Shown: positions 53,720 through 62,590, numbered from the stretch's first letter. The stretch: 64,000 nt of DNA from Oscillospiraceae bacterium (GCA_015065005.1 SVRE01000001.1:10593-74592); one strand, 5' to 3'. Made by a program: numbers and translations. The notes: generated from the sequence alone by a model not told the origin.

Positions 53720-54043
53720 CTAGCATACACCACGAAAGTTCGTATCAATTTGATAGTTTGTAAATCTTATAACCTTCAAATTGTATCCTTCAAGAATTTC
53801 AGTACGAAAAATGTCCCTTTGCCTGCCTTCTTCAGTAAAGTGCTGTGAACCATCAATTTCAATAATCAATTTTGCCTTATGACAATAAAAATCCGCAATA
53901 AAATTGCCGATGGCCTTTTGACGTTGAAACCGAATTTCGTATTTCGACAAAAAGTCGTACCACAGGTGATTTTCCTGTGGCGTTGCATTCTTGCGTAGAT
54001 TTTTGGCAAGAGTAATATTCTTTTCATTATAATCAAGAGACAT
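53720..54043 (-). CDS. DUF559 endonuclease-domain protein (Vsr/restriction-endonuclease-like fold)
   Basis: LRKNATPQENHLWYDFL...FQRQKAIGNFIADFYCHKAKLIIEIDGSQH...VIRFTN is the classic DUF559 pattern. Confidence 0.8.
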   Translation of the reverse strand: MSLDYNEKNITLAKNLRKNATPQENHLWYDFLSKYEIRFQRQKAIGNFIADFYCHKAKLIIEIDGSQHFTEEGRQRDIFRTEILEGYNLKVIRFTNYQIDTNFRGVC

Positions 54044-54172
54044 ATTGACCCCTTCAAAGCTTTATTGCACTCATTATACCACAAATCGGCAGAGGAAACA
54101 ATTCCCCTGCCGAAAATTTATGCTTGCTAAATCTCTTTTGCTATTTCATTTGCAAAAGTAATAAATATATAT

Positions 54173-54724
54173 TTAAAAGCTTTCCTTAATCGCCTTAACA
54201 ACTAAGTCAGCGCACAAATCAATGCCCTCTTCGCTTAGGTGGATTTTGTCACATTCCTTAATATATTTATGAACGTCCTTTACTACTGCTGAGTGAAGGT
54301 CGTTTATTTTTATGCCTATTTCCTGTAGCTTAGGAACGATAATTTCATTAAAGCGCTTTATTTTATCGTTGTGTGTCCATTCAAATTCATCCCACACAGG
54401 TGTGGTGGTTGCAAAAATTACGTTTGGTGTCACCTTTTTTAAAAGTGTGGCAATACGCACCATATTTTCAACGTATTCCTCCTCGCTTGTGAAAAGACCG
54501 TCATCAAAAATCTCCGTGCAGTCCCAAAGGCCGTTATTCCAGTGGATAACGTCAGCGCCCTTAATCCCGTCCTGCCAATCAAAAAGACCGCGCAATGTAT
54601 ATTTTGCAAAGCGGCAGTTGTCCTCCGGCTGGTAAACCTCGTACTCATCTCCCAAAAGCGCAGGCACCTTTGTGCCATAGCCCCACAGGCGAATTGAATC
54701 TCCTAATAATACAACCTTTTTCAT
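54173..54724 (-). CDS. SGNH/GDSL hydrolase family protein
   Basis: Block I VVLLGDSI, a C-terminal D..H-type region, 183 aa. Confidence 0.7.
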   Translation of the reverse strand: MKKVVLLGDSIRLWGYGTKVPALLGDEYEVYQPEDNCRFAKYTLRGLFDWQDGIKGADVIHWNNGLWDCTEIFDDGLFTSEEEYVENMVRIATLLKKVTPNVIFATTTPVWDEFEWTHNDKIKRFNEIIVPKLQEIGIKINDLHSAVVKDVHKYIKECDKIHLSEEGIDLCADLVVKAIKESF

Positions 54725-54902
54725 ATCGGTACTCCTTTTTGTGTTGTTGATTTAATTATAAATGCTTTTTTGCCAATAGTCAATAAAAAAGCGGAAAAAA
54801 CGGACAGCTGACACCGGTTTTTTAATGCAATAATAGAATTACGGAAAAGATAAGGTATCGTGTTTAGCAGAGATACTAATAAAAAGGAAAGGGGGCAAGG
54901 CT

Positions 54903-55328
54903 ATGGCAAGAAAAAAACAGCTTATGACGCTTAGCCAATTGACAGAGGAGGGTAACGGGACCCTAATTCCCGAAAATGAAAATAAAAGCTCAGAAAAAGA
55001 GGCTTTGTCAGAGGCTGAAATGGGCGAGGAAATTCGTGGCGCACGCAAAAAACGGGGGCGTGTGAAACGAAGGAATGGTGAATCCTTTAAAAAAAGCCTT
55101 GCCAATATTCTTGGTATGGTAATTGCCCCCGAAACTGTTGCCGAGGCGGTTAAGAAAACACCCCTCGGCGCAGATATCACATATCAGGAGGCTATCCTGA
55201 TAGCACAGGTATTAAAAGCCTCAAATGGAGATACACAGGCGGCGGTATTCCTTCGCGACACCTCAGGCAATAAGCTGAAGGAAATGCAGGATAAGGAGCT
55301 TGATGTAAAGTCCTTTGAGGACTTTTAA
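54903..55328 (+). CDS. island gene A: hypothetical protein with small-terminase-like C-terminal motif
   Basis: AAAGGAAAGGGGG RBS. Basic patch KKRGRVKRR. ITYQEAILIAQVLKASNGDTQAAVFLRDTSGNKLKE recalls the C-terminal region of Terminase_2-type TerS proteins (from memory). No HTH seen. Confidence 0.4.
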   Translation: MARKKQLMTLSQLTEEGNGTLIPENENKSSEKEALSEAEMGEEIRGARKKRGRVKRRNGESFKKSLANILGMVIAPETVAEAVKKTPLGADITYQEAILIAQVLKASNGDTQAAVFLRDTSGNKLKEMQDKELDVKSFEDF

Positions 55329-55360
55329 TTTCTTGAAATCAACAAGAAAGGAGAAAAGGA

Positions 55361-55993
55361 ATGAAAATCGGAGAAATAAAGGCGCAGGCAATAATGCTTA
55401 TGTATCCTGACGTTTCTATAAGCTTTGATGAAGAGGATGAAAAGGATGTGGAAAGGGCAATTTATGAGCTTAAGCTCAACCCGAATTTTGAAGGTGTGCT
55501 AAGGTTCTGCATAGGCTCTATAAACAGGGCTTTGTCCTATGTTGAGGGGCAGGGCTTTGCAGAAACCAAATGTGTGGATATTAGCTCAGCGGATTGCCAA
55601 AGGACAAATGATGGCAGAGCTGTTTTGCCAATGCCAAATGACGTATTCAGCATTGAAAGGGTTTTGTGCCACGCAGGGGGTAAAGCATATGAGCTTTGCT
55701 TTGAGGTAAGAGGCAATGAAATTATATCAGACTACAAAAGCGATACATACACCGTAATTTACAAAGTAAAGGCGGAACGAATTACAAGTGCCACCCCTGA
55801 TTCCTACAAGCTTAACGTTTCCGACAGCATAGCGGAGGCGATTCCGTATTTTGTGGCAGCGGAGCTATTTAAACAGGAAAACAGCCAGGCATCACAGGGG
55901 TATTTTGACTACTTTGAAGATTCAATTAAGCGCATTGGAGAAATGAAAGCCCCTTGCCACCAGTGCTTTGAAACGATTTATTCTATGGAGTAG
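55361..55993 (+). CDS. island gene B: hypothetical 210-aa protein (possible virion adaptor/connector-type)
   Basis: Intact ORF with RBS AGGAGAAAAGG, tightly linked to C. No motif recognised. Confidence 0.4.
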   Translation: MKIGEIKAQAIMLMYPDVSISFDEEDEKDVERAIYELKLNPNFEGVLRFCIGSINRALSYVEGQGFAETKCVDISSADCQRTNDGRAVLPMPNDVFSIERVLCHAGGKAYELCFEVRGNEIISDYKSDTYTVIYKVKAERITSATPDSYKLNVSDSIAEAIPYFVAAELFKQENSQASQGYFDYFEDSIKRIGEMKAPCHQCFETIYSME

Positions 55994-55996
55994 GGA

Positions 55997-58453
55997 ATGG
56001 GAAAAAAGAAGCTTTACAAAATGAAAAGTATATGTGACCCTACCCTTAGCCGGGGTGTTAACACAAAAAATATGATTGAAAACAATGGCATCCTGGAAAA
56101 AAGAAATGGTTGGCGGGTTATAGGCGAATTCAAGGATGATAATTATATGCCTATGGAAATCAATGGAATATATGAGTTCAAGGGGCGAAATTTTACCCCT
56201 TTGATTATTCACGCAGGCAATAAGCTTTACAGATGCAGCTATGACTTGCAAAGCAAGGTGGAAATTCCTATGGAATATGGAATACTCTTGAAAAATCAAA
56301 AAAGCACAGGAGTTATTCACAAGGGACTTTTGTGGCTTGGCGGTATGGGGGAGCTTTTGGTGTATGATGGTGCTTCTGTAAAAAGGGTTTATGAAAGCGG
56401 TCTTACATATGTTCCCACAACAACCGTTGGAATTACGGAAACACAGCTTGGCATAAAGCCACAAAAAAACGAGAGTGTAAATCTTCTGACGCGAAAAAGA
56501 AAAAATTCTCTAAGAGGACAGAAAACAGAGCAGGGTAGCCATTTCTTTCAGCTTGATGCAAAAGCTAAGTACGGACAGCCGTTTAAAATCAACGCTTGCT
56601 TTCGTGTGAAACGAAATGAGGAGGAGATTAATGAGGTTACAACAGGGTATGTGGGCGTTAATTCAGCAGGAGAAGAGGTAAACACCGTGGTTTACATTGA
56701 AATATACGTGTCTGTGCTTGAGAACAAAGAGATAGAAAGCAGCCCTGTTTGCTATGATGCAAACGGAAATGTAATCACGGTAAAGCATGCAGATTTCAGA
56801 TGGAAGCTTGAAAACGGAAGAGATTTGACCTTGTATTTCAATGCCTTGACTCCGCAGCTTAATGAGGACAACATTACAGTTGAATTTGTGGAGGACGTGG
56901 ATGAAAACAGAGCACTTGACGGTGTATGCGTGCTATCTTCAATTCAGGATGAAAAGGGGGAGAGCACTGTACTTTTATCTTGTGGAAACGGCAGGGTGTA
57001 TTACTCAAGCAGTATTTCCGATAGTCTGTATTTCCCAGTGAGCAACATTATCAAGGTGGGGCAGGAAAACAAGGAGGTAACCGCTATATTCCCAATGCTG
57101 AACGGATACATAGGCGTCTTTAAGAAAAACTCATTTTACAGGATTAAAATAAACACTGATGTAAATGGAGAATACAGGGTTTACCCCAGCTCAGATACAC
57201 GTGGGTGCTTCAGCCCGCACGTTGCCAAAAGCCTTGAATACGACTGTCTGGCGTTGAATGAGGATGGGGTTTTCGGTACAAGTGATACGGATAATGCGGA
57301 GGTTATGACCACCCGCCTTTGCAACCGATCCTGTGGATTGCAAAGAGAGCTGTCTTGCTATTCGGAAAAGGATGGGCTTGATGCTGTGGCTACGGTTCAT
57401 AAGGGGCAATATTACCTTTTTATCGGGGGACGTGTCTATATTTCGGGCAAAAAAACAGGAAAAAGCACCTCGACCAAGGACTTTGAATACGAATGGTGGG
57501 TGTGGGAGGGATGCCCCTGCAACAGTGTTTGCTCCGCCGGGGGAATGCTTTATATGGGCAGATTAAACGGAGACGTGGCTACTTTTGATAATGAGTACAC
57601 GGATAGGCAAGAGACAACCTTAAGCTTGCATTACGGAGATTATATGCTTGAGCAGAATGATAATGCGGTTGTGATATTTAATGACGGGGCGGGAATTTCA
57701 AATGTGGACAAGGTCAGGCTTGATACCCACTATGTGTATGCCGGCTGTTGTTCCTACTCACCGATTGACTGGTCTGTTTCAGTGCCGTCAGAGAGTTTCT
57801 TTGACAAGAACGGGAATGTGGCGCTATATGACGGAATGTGGGTTAAGCTTACAGATTCAAACGGTGAGGTGATTTATCACGATATCATTAAGGCCACAGA
57901 TCCGGCAGAGGGGTGTATTTATTGCGGCGATTTAGGATATAGCAGCAATACAAGTGTCCATCTTTATTTAGAGAGAGGAAAAGAAACAGAATATACACTG
58001 TCAAATGCGGGAGAGGGCTTTACGCTACTGCTTGATAACAAGGAAGTTGTTCTTTTTGATTTGAATGTTGAAAGAATATTTTTAAGTGAAAAAAAGGCGG
58101 TGGAGTGTGAGCTTTCTACCCCTGTTACGGACCTTGAAACGGATGAAAAAAAGACACTTTACGGAATTGAGCTTATCTTATCGGATGAAACAAGGTGCAA
58201 AATTAATATTGGATATGAAACAAAGCACAATTCCTTTGAAAAATCAGTAATTGTGGGAGATTGCCTTGATTTTAACTCCTTGGATTTTACTGATTTCGGT
58301 TTTAATTCAATGTTAAGGCAAAGCACAAGGATAAATTGTCTTGAAAGACAACTTGATTATATAAAAATAAGGGTTAAATCAAGCAAGGGCGGCAAGCTTG
58401 GCATTCACGATATATCTTTGATTTATTCCGTGGTGGAACATATAAAAAAGTAA
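55997..58453 (+). CDS. island gene C: hypothetical 818-aa beta-rich structural-type protein
   Basis: 3-nt gap after B. Recurrent G-x-hydrophobic-Y/F strand motifs (LWLGGMGELLVYDG, NGRVYYSSS, GQYYLFIGGRVYI, GMLYMGRLNG) suggest a propeller/beta-sandwich. No enzymatic motif. Confidence 0.4.
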   Translation: MGKKKLYKMKSICDPTLSRGVNTKNMIENNGILEKRNGWRVIGEFKDDNYMPMEINGIYEFKGRNFTPLIIHAGNKLYRCSYDLQSKVEIPMEYGILLKNQKSTGVIHKGLLWLGGMGELLVYDGASVKRVYESGLTYVPTTTVGITETQLGIKPQKNESVNLLTRKRKNSLRGQKTEQGSHFFQLDAKAKYGQPFKINACFRVKRNEEEINEVTTGYVGVNSAGEEVNTVVYIEIYVSVLENKEIESSPVCYDANGNVITVKHADFRWKLENGRDLTLYFNALTPQLNEDNITVEFVEDVDENRALDGVCVLSSIQDEKGESTVLLSCGNGRVYYSSSISDSLYFPVSNIIKVGQENKEVTAIFPMLNGYIGVFKKNSFYRIKINTDVNGEYRVYPSSDTRGCFSPHVAKSLEYDCLALNEDGVFGTSDTDNAEVMTTRLCNRSCGLQRELSCYSEKDGLDAVATVHKGQYYLFIGGRVYISGKKTGKSTSTKDFEYEWWVWEGCPCNSVCSAGGMLYMGRLNGDVATFDNEYTDRQETTLSLHYGDYMLEQNDNAVVIFNDGAGISNVDKVRLDTHYVYAGCCSYSPIDWSVSVPSESFFDKNGNVALYDGMWVKLTDSNGEVIYHDIIKATDPAEGCIYCGDLGYSSNTSVHLYLERGKETEYTLSNAGEGFTLLLDNKEVVLFDLNVERIFLSEKKAVECELSTPVTDLETDEKKTLYGIELILSDETRCKINIGYETKHNSFEKSVIVGDCLDFNSLDFTDFGFNSMLRQSTRINCLERQLDYIKIRVKSSKGGKLGIHDISLIYSVVEHIKK

Positions 58454-58465
58454 AGGAGAAAATAG

Positions 58466-60184
58466 TTGAGTAAGGATTTTAGATTAACAGAGGAAGAAAT
58501 TAACAAAACTATATTGCGCTCCCCATATTCTTTGGCAGATTCCCCTGCACAAAGCGGACTGGGAGCAAAGCAGATAAAGAAATATTTTTACGATTTTATC
58601 AGGTACTTTGCTCAGTGCCTTAATCTTCATTTGGGTGATATTGCAGAGATTACAGAAGCCTTAACAGTGGCTTGTCAGCAGCAACAGCTTGAATCAAGCG
58701 AGCACAATGCAAGCCTGTCAGCTCATCCCCATTTAAGACTTCAGATAGAAGGTGCAAAAAGCACAGCAAATGATGCGTATAATCTTGCAAGAAGTATTGA
58801 TTTAAGCCCTCTTGCAACAAAAGAGGAGCTGGAGGCGGCAAGCACTGTCAACGGTGAAGTTCATGAGGAAATAAGAGCGCTTATTGAGCTGGCGAAGGAG
58901 AAGGCGAGCAGCGCGTACAATTTGGCAAGCGGCAAGTCGAAGGTGCATCCTGTGGTAAATATAGAGGGGATGTACACACTGCTTAAGGACGGGCTTGAGG
59001 GTATTAACGAGGGTGACGTTATTGTTATTGCAGAGCCCTTGGTGCCTGAGTTTATTGTTTATGAAAAGACAAGCTCCCAATCAGGCGGAGATGTGTTCGT
59101 CGACAGCGGTGAGGCGTACACAACCGAGTATGAGGCAGGTAAGATATACTACCTACACTGGCTTGGCGTTCGCGTTTTGGCACTTGAAAGCGGAATTGAC
59201 ACAAGCAAGCTTGCAACCAAGGAGGAGCTTGGCACTAAGATAAGTGAGCTTTTAGCAACCCTTGACGAAAAAACAGCGCCCCTTGCAACTAAGGAGGAGC
59301 TGGAAGCACAAGAGGCGGAAACGGATGAAAAAATCTCTGCTTTGGTAACCAAGGATGAGCTTACCGCCCATAACGAAAGCGAGGAAGCCCATGCTGATAT
59401 CAGAGAATTGATGCAGAAAAAGGAAAATTTACTATTGTCACGCTCCAGCAACAGGGTATACGTAAAGTGGAGCATTGGTAATATGTACGGCTTCCTTGAG
59501 GAATATTACACAAAGGCAGGTCTTTTGGTGGATGAATACCCGGTGCGTGCAGGAGATTTGATTTTTGTTGTGGAAAACGGCTTGCAGGTGTTTCGTGTAT
59601 CAGGTGTGGATCCGAGCGCTACGGTTATTTCCGACCTTTCCGCCTTTTTGGCGTGTGAGTGGGAAAATGATACTACCTATTACATTGAGCCGCTTGGGGT
59701 GTACCTGAGTGCAATAGGAAGCAAGCTTGATATAAAAGAGCTTAAAAAAGAACCGCGCTTAATTCAAGAGCTGACCCTTAAGGAGGATACAGTAGTTAAA
59801 ATTAACACTGACAGTGACGGTAATGCCTTTTCGCTTGAAGAGGTTATGGTTATAATTGAATATCCTGCCGTGACGGCTGCCACACAGATATGGATGTCCC
59901 ACAATGATATGCTTGCGGTGTTTACACAGTCTGTCAGCACAGGCGCGCCCGCAATGAAAATCGAAGGAAAATACAACGGCGCTTACGGGGATTGGTTCTA
60001 TAACACAATTGTCTGCACATCATCCAGAGCCCAGCAAATGCTTTATTCATATCCCTTGGGACACCGCAATACCAACAAATTGAATAAAGAATTAAGCTCG
60101 ATTACCCTTGCGCTGGACTCGGATTTAAAAAAACCGTTGATAACAGGCACTAAAATTACAGTATTGGGGGTTGATTCTAAATGA
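58466..60184 (+). CDS. island gene D: tail-fibre-like protein
   Basis: Four (P/K/A)L(A/V)TK(E/D)EL units, HNESEEAHADIR motif, internally duplicated ~90-aa domain, 572 aa. Confidence 0.55.
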   Translation: MSKDFRLTEEEINKTILRSPYSLADSPAQSGLGAKQIKKYFYDFIRYFAQCLNLHLGDIAEITEALTVACQQQQLESSEHNASLSAHPHLRLQIEGAKSTANDAYNLARSIDLSPLATKEELEAASTVNGEVHEEIRALIELAKEKASSAYNLASGKSKVHPVVNIEGMYTLLKDGLEGINEGDVIVIAEPLVPEFIVYEKTSSQSGGDVFVDSGEAYTTEYEAGKIYYLHWLGVRVLALESGIDTSKLATKEELGTKISELLATLDEKTAPLATKEELEAQEAETDEKISALVTKDELTAHNESEEAHADIRELMQKKENLLLSRSSNRVYVKWSIGNMYGFLEEYYTKAGLLVDEYPVRAGDLIFVVENGLQVFRVSGVDPSATVISDLSAFLACEWENDTTYYIEPLGVYLSAIGSKLDIKELKKEPRLIQELTLKEDTVVKINTDSDGNAFSLEEVMVIIEYPAVTAATQIWMSHNDMLAVFTQSVSTGAPAMKIEGKYNGAYGDWFYNTIVCTSSRAQQMLYSYPLGHRNTNKLNKELSSITLALDSDLKKPLITGTKITVLGVDSK

Positions 60185-60411
60185 GAATTTGTGAAAACGG
60201 AATTTACAGAGACGCAACACCACAAGATTTTATTGGTGGAGAAGAAGTAGGACTTGCACCCTATAAGGAAAGAGTAGTTAACAGAATACGTGAAAGATAT
60301 TCTATTGATGATGAGCTTGCCATTATTCGCCAAAGGGACACAAAGCCCGAGGAATTTGAGGTGTACAATGCTTTTGTTGAGCAGATAAAATCGGAGGAAA
60401 AAGCAAAATGA
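60181..60411 (+). CDS. island gene E: small hypothetical protein (76 aa)
   Basis: ATGA overlaps on both sides. YSIDDELAIIRQRDTKPEEFEVYNAFVEQIK resembles small proteins that follow fibre genes in Firmicute prophages (recollection only). Confidence 0.4.
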   Translation: MRICENGIYRDATPQDFIGGEEVGLAPYKERVVNRIRERYSIDDELAIIRQRDTKPEEFEVYNAFVEQIKSEEKAK

Positions 60412-60941
60412 AAAAACTATTATTTATTGTATTTGCTTTAACGCTTTGCTTGAGCCTTGCAGGTGTATGTATGGCAAGTGATTTTGAGGCAGAGGAGATA
60501 ACAAACGATATTGAAACGTACATAACGGAAAGAATTGTGCCTATTGTGGTGGGTGTGCTTACCTCCATGGTGGCTTTGATAACGGTGCTTCGCAAGATTT
60601 TCAGCGCATTAAGGTCGCTAAAGGACACAAAGGACACATTTGTAGAGGAGGCAAAGGAAAGGGCAAGCGCCTTCAGGAGCAACACAGAGCTGCTTGAAAC
60701 CAAGGCACAGGAGATAAAAAAGACTGTTGAAAAGGTGCCTACTCTTGATGAGCAGATGGTACAGCTTAAAGGTGAAATGTCAGCCCTTATTGATGAGTGC
60801 AATGTGCTGGCAGAGATTTTGTCCCTTGGCTTTTCCGCCAACAGTGAGGTTATCAAAAGCGGAAAGGGCAAGCAGATGGCGAAGCTGCTTGAAAAATCGA
60901 AGAATTTTTCAAGCAGCAATGATGCTTGCCAAGGCAAATGA
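60408..60941 (+). CDS. island gene F: signal/TM-anchored coiled-coil protein
   Basis: MKKLLFIVFALTLCLSLAGVCMA signal. TM IVPIVVGVLTSMVALITVL. About 110 aa of heptad-rich sequence. The stop lies inside the repeat element. Confidence 0.5.
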   Translation: MKKLLFIVFALTLCLSLAGVCMASDFEAEEITNDIETYITERIVPIVVGVLTSMVALITVLRKIFSALRSLKDTKDTFVEEAKERASAFRSNTELLETKAQEIKKTVEKVPTLDEQMVQLKGEMSALIDECNVLAEILSLGFSANSEVIKSGKGKQMAKLLEKSKNFSSSNDACQGK

Positions 60942-61085
60942 TGTAGGCTTACGCCTAATGATGTGTGCCTGCGGGCATATGAGGGCAAGCATTGCATCAT
61001 TGCGTAGCGAAAGCAAGCAACATCATTTTGAGCTGGGAGAAAAACATCATATCGGCATAGCCGATGCATTATTCAAAGAAAGGAG
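60917..61085 (+). repeat. AATGATG/CATCATT hairpin-array element, copy 1
   Basis: Three AATGATG words with mini-hairpins TTGCCAAGGCAA, TAGGCTTACGCCTA, TGCCTGCGGGCA. Then three CATCAT(T) words and ATCGGCATAGCCGAT. Ends in AAAGGAG, the RBS of G. Confidence 0.8.
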
Positions 61086-61093
61086 AATTTAAA

Positions 61094-61504
61094 ATGAAAA
61101 GGCTTAAAATACCGTTTTTATACCTTCTATCCTTTGTGCTTAGCATTGGACCTGTGGTTTTGTACTTTATGCTGAACATAGAGAATTACATACAAACCGT
61201 GTCTGACGGGATAAAGCTTGCCCTTGGCGCCACTATTCTTATGGTTATAGTTCTTTTAAAGGTGCTTGGTAAGCTAAAGCTACCCTCAAGGATTTACCTT
61301 TTTGGCATTACCTTTTTGCTATGCTATCTTTTGGCATCTATACTTAAGGACTTGATTATATTTTCCTTGCTTGCCTTGATTGGCGAAATTCTTGACTGCA
61401 TTTGCCAGGCGCTTATCAAGAAGGCTAAGGAGGACAGGGCAATAGAAAAGGCGGCGGAGAAGAATGCCCAGGAAATGGCAAAGGCATTTAGCGGACGGGT
61501 GTGA
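61094..61504 (+). CDS. island gene G: 4-TM small membrane protein with charged C-terminal tail (holin-like features)
   Basis: AAAGGAG precedes ATG 61094. Four hydrophobic helices. Tail KKAKEDRAIEKAAEKNAQEMAK. Confidence 0.45.
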   Translation: MKRLKIPFLYLLSFVLSIGPVVLYFMLNIENYIQTVSDGIKLALGATILMVIVLLKVLGKLKLPSRIYLFGITFLLCYLLASILKDLIIFSLLALIGEILDCICQALIKKAKEDRAIEKAAEKNAQEMAKAFSGRV

Positions 61505-61523
61505 AAACCGCTGAGGCGGTTTT

Positions 61524-61707
61524 CAATGATGTTTGCCAAGGCAAATGATGCAGGCTTTGCCAATGATGTAGGCTTACGCCAATGATGTGTGCCTGCGAGC
61601 ACATAAGGCAAACATTACATCATTGCGAAGAGGAAGCGAGCAACATCATTTTGAGCGAAGCGAAAAACATCATATCGGCATAGCCGATGCATCATTAATA
61701 AAGGAGA
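61524..61707 (+). repeat. AATGATG/CATCATT hairpin-array element, copy 2
   Basis: Alignable with 60917-61085 along its whole length, with one extra 18-nt unit CAGGCTTTGCCAATGATG. Ends in AAAGGAG, the RBS of H. Preceded by the hairpin AACCGCTGAGGCGGTT (61504-61523). Confidence 0.8.
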
Positions 61708-61715
61708 AAACAAAC

Positions 61716-62570
61716 ATGAAAAAGAACAATTTTACAGAATCGTTTTACAGGAGTGCAGGCTATTTTGTTGTTGTGCTGATTTCCCTGGTTTATGTGGCGA
61801 GCAGCTTAATTAACATTTCCAAAACGGGCAAGAGCATTTACGAGATAATTGCCACAGGCGTACTTAGCTTGATTGTGGGAATTATGATAAACGGGATTTT
61901 CCGCTCTATTGGCATCCGCCGCGGGGATGAGGACGAGCGCACGGTGGCAACAAACAATCTGCACGCAAGGACTGTTGATGAAATAGCGCCGTATATTGAC
62001 AAGCTTGACGAGTTTTGCGAAAGGGAAAACGCACGCGTGCTACGTGAGATACGCACACGTATTCTTGCCAAAGAGGGAATGAAATACAGCGATTACTTTG
62101 ATAGTGAGGGTGGGACCTTTGAAAATGCAAAAATAAATTGTAGGGGCGATTCACGAATCGACCGTGAAATTGACAAGGCAAGGGCGAAGACGTACAAAAA
62201 GGCTTTAAGGGTGAAGATTAAGCCCCTTGTGTCCTCCAACCTTACCTCTGACGGAGTCAAGGCATCTGACCCCTTTGATTTTGGCAGGAGCAAGAAGGAA
62301 TTTACCTCCCGGAAAAATGCAAGTGATATGATTATCAAGCTGCTTATGGCTGTGATTTTCGGCTACTTTGGGGTTAGCCTTGCAAGCCAGGTTAATGTGG
62401 CATCCATCATTTGGAACGCCTTGCAAATTGTGCTTTACATAACAGGCGGCGTTATTCAAATGTACTCCTCGTATATGTGGGTGGTGGATGACTACCGCGG
62501 CAGTGTGATTAAAAAAATTGATTATTTGCAGAAGTTTAAAAAATACGCACAAACAAAGCCTGAGCGATAA
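61716..62570 (+). CDS. island gene H: 2+2-TM membrane protein with central helical cytoplasmic domain
   Basis: ATG 61716 follows AAAGGAG. TM pairs at the N- and C-termini. The upstream in-frame extension to 61587 is translated repeat DNA. Confidence 0.5.
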   Translation: MKKNNFTESFYRSAGYFVVVLISLVYVASSLINISKTGKSIYEIIATGVLSLIVGIMINGIFRSIGIRRGDEDERTVATNNLHARTVDEIAPYIDKLDEFCERENARVLREIRTRILAKEGMKYSDYFDSEGGTFENAKINCRGDSRIDREIDKARAKTYKKALRVKIKPLVSSNLTSDGVKASDPFDFGRSKKEFTSRKNASDMIIKLLMAVIFGYFGVSLASQVNVASIIWNALQIVLYITGGVIQMYSSYMWVVDDYRGSVIKKIDYLQKFKKYAQTKPER

Positions 62571-62590
62571 AGCTCAGGCTTTGCCTTTGG
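62556..62590 (+). terminator. terminator of the island operon
   Basis: AGCCTGAGC-GATAA-GCTCAGGCT followed by TTGCCTTT. The stop codon lies in the loop. Confidence 0.6.

Noticed and set aside
60323-61069. 248-aa minus-strand ORF overlapping island genes E/F and repeat copy 1.
   Set aside because: It is antisense to well-formed plus-strand genes with RBSs and coupled starts. Its composition is Ser/Leu-rich with no RBS, and part of it is translated repeat.
61587-61715. Upstream extensions of genes H (from 61587) and G (from 61064), and the 60727-61092 ORF.
   Set aside because: They translate the AATGATG/CATCATT repeat element (..KANITSLRRGSEQHHFERSEKHHIGIADA..). Proper RBS-ATG starts exist at 61716 and 61094.
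54830-62590. Diversity-generating retroelement or retron associated with the fibre-like gene.
   Set aside because: There is no reverse transcriptase ORF and no template/variable repeat pair in or near the island.
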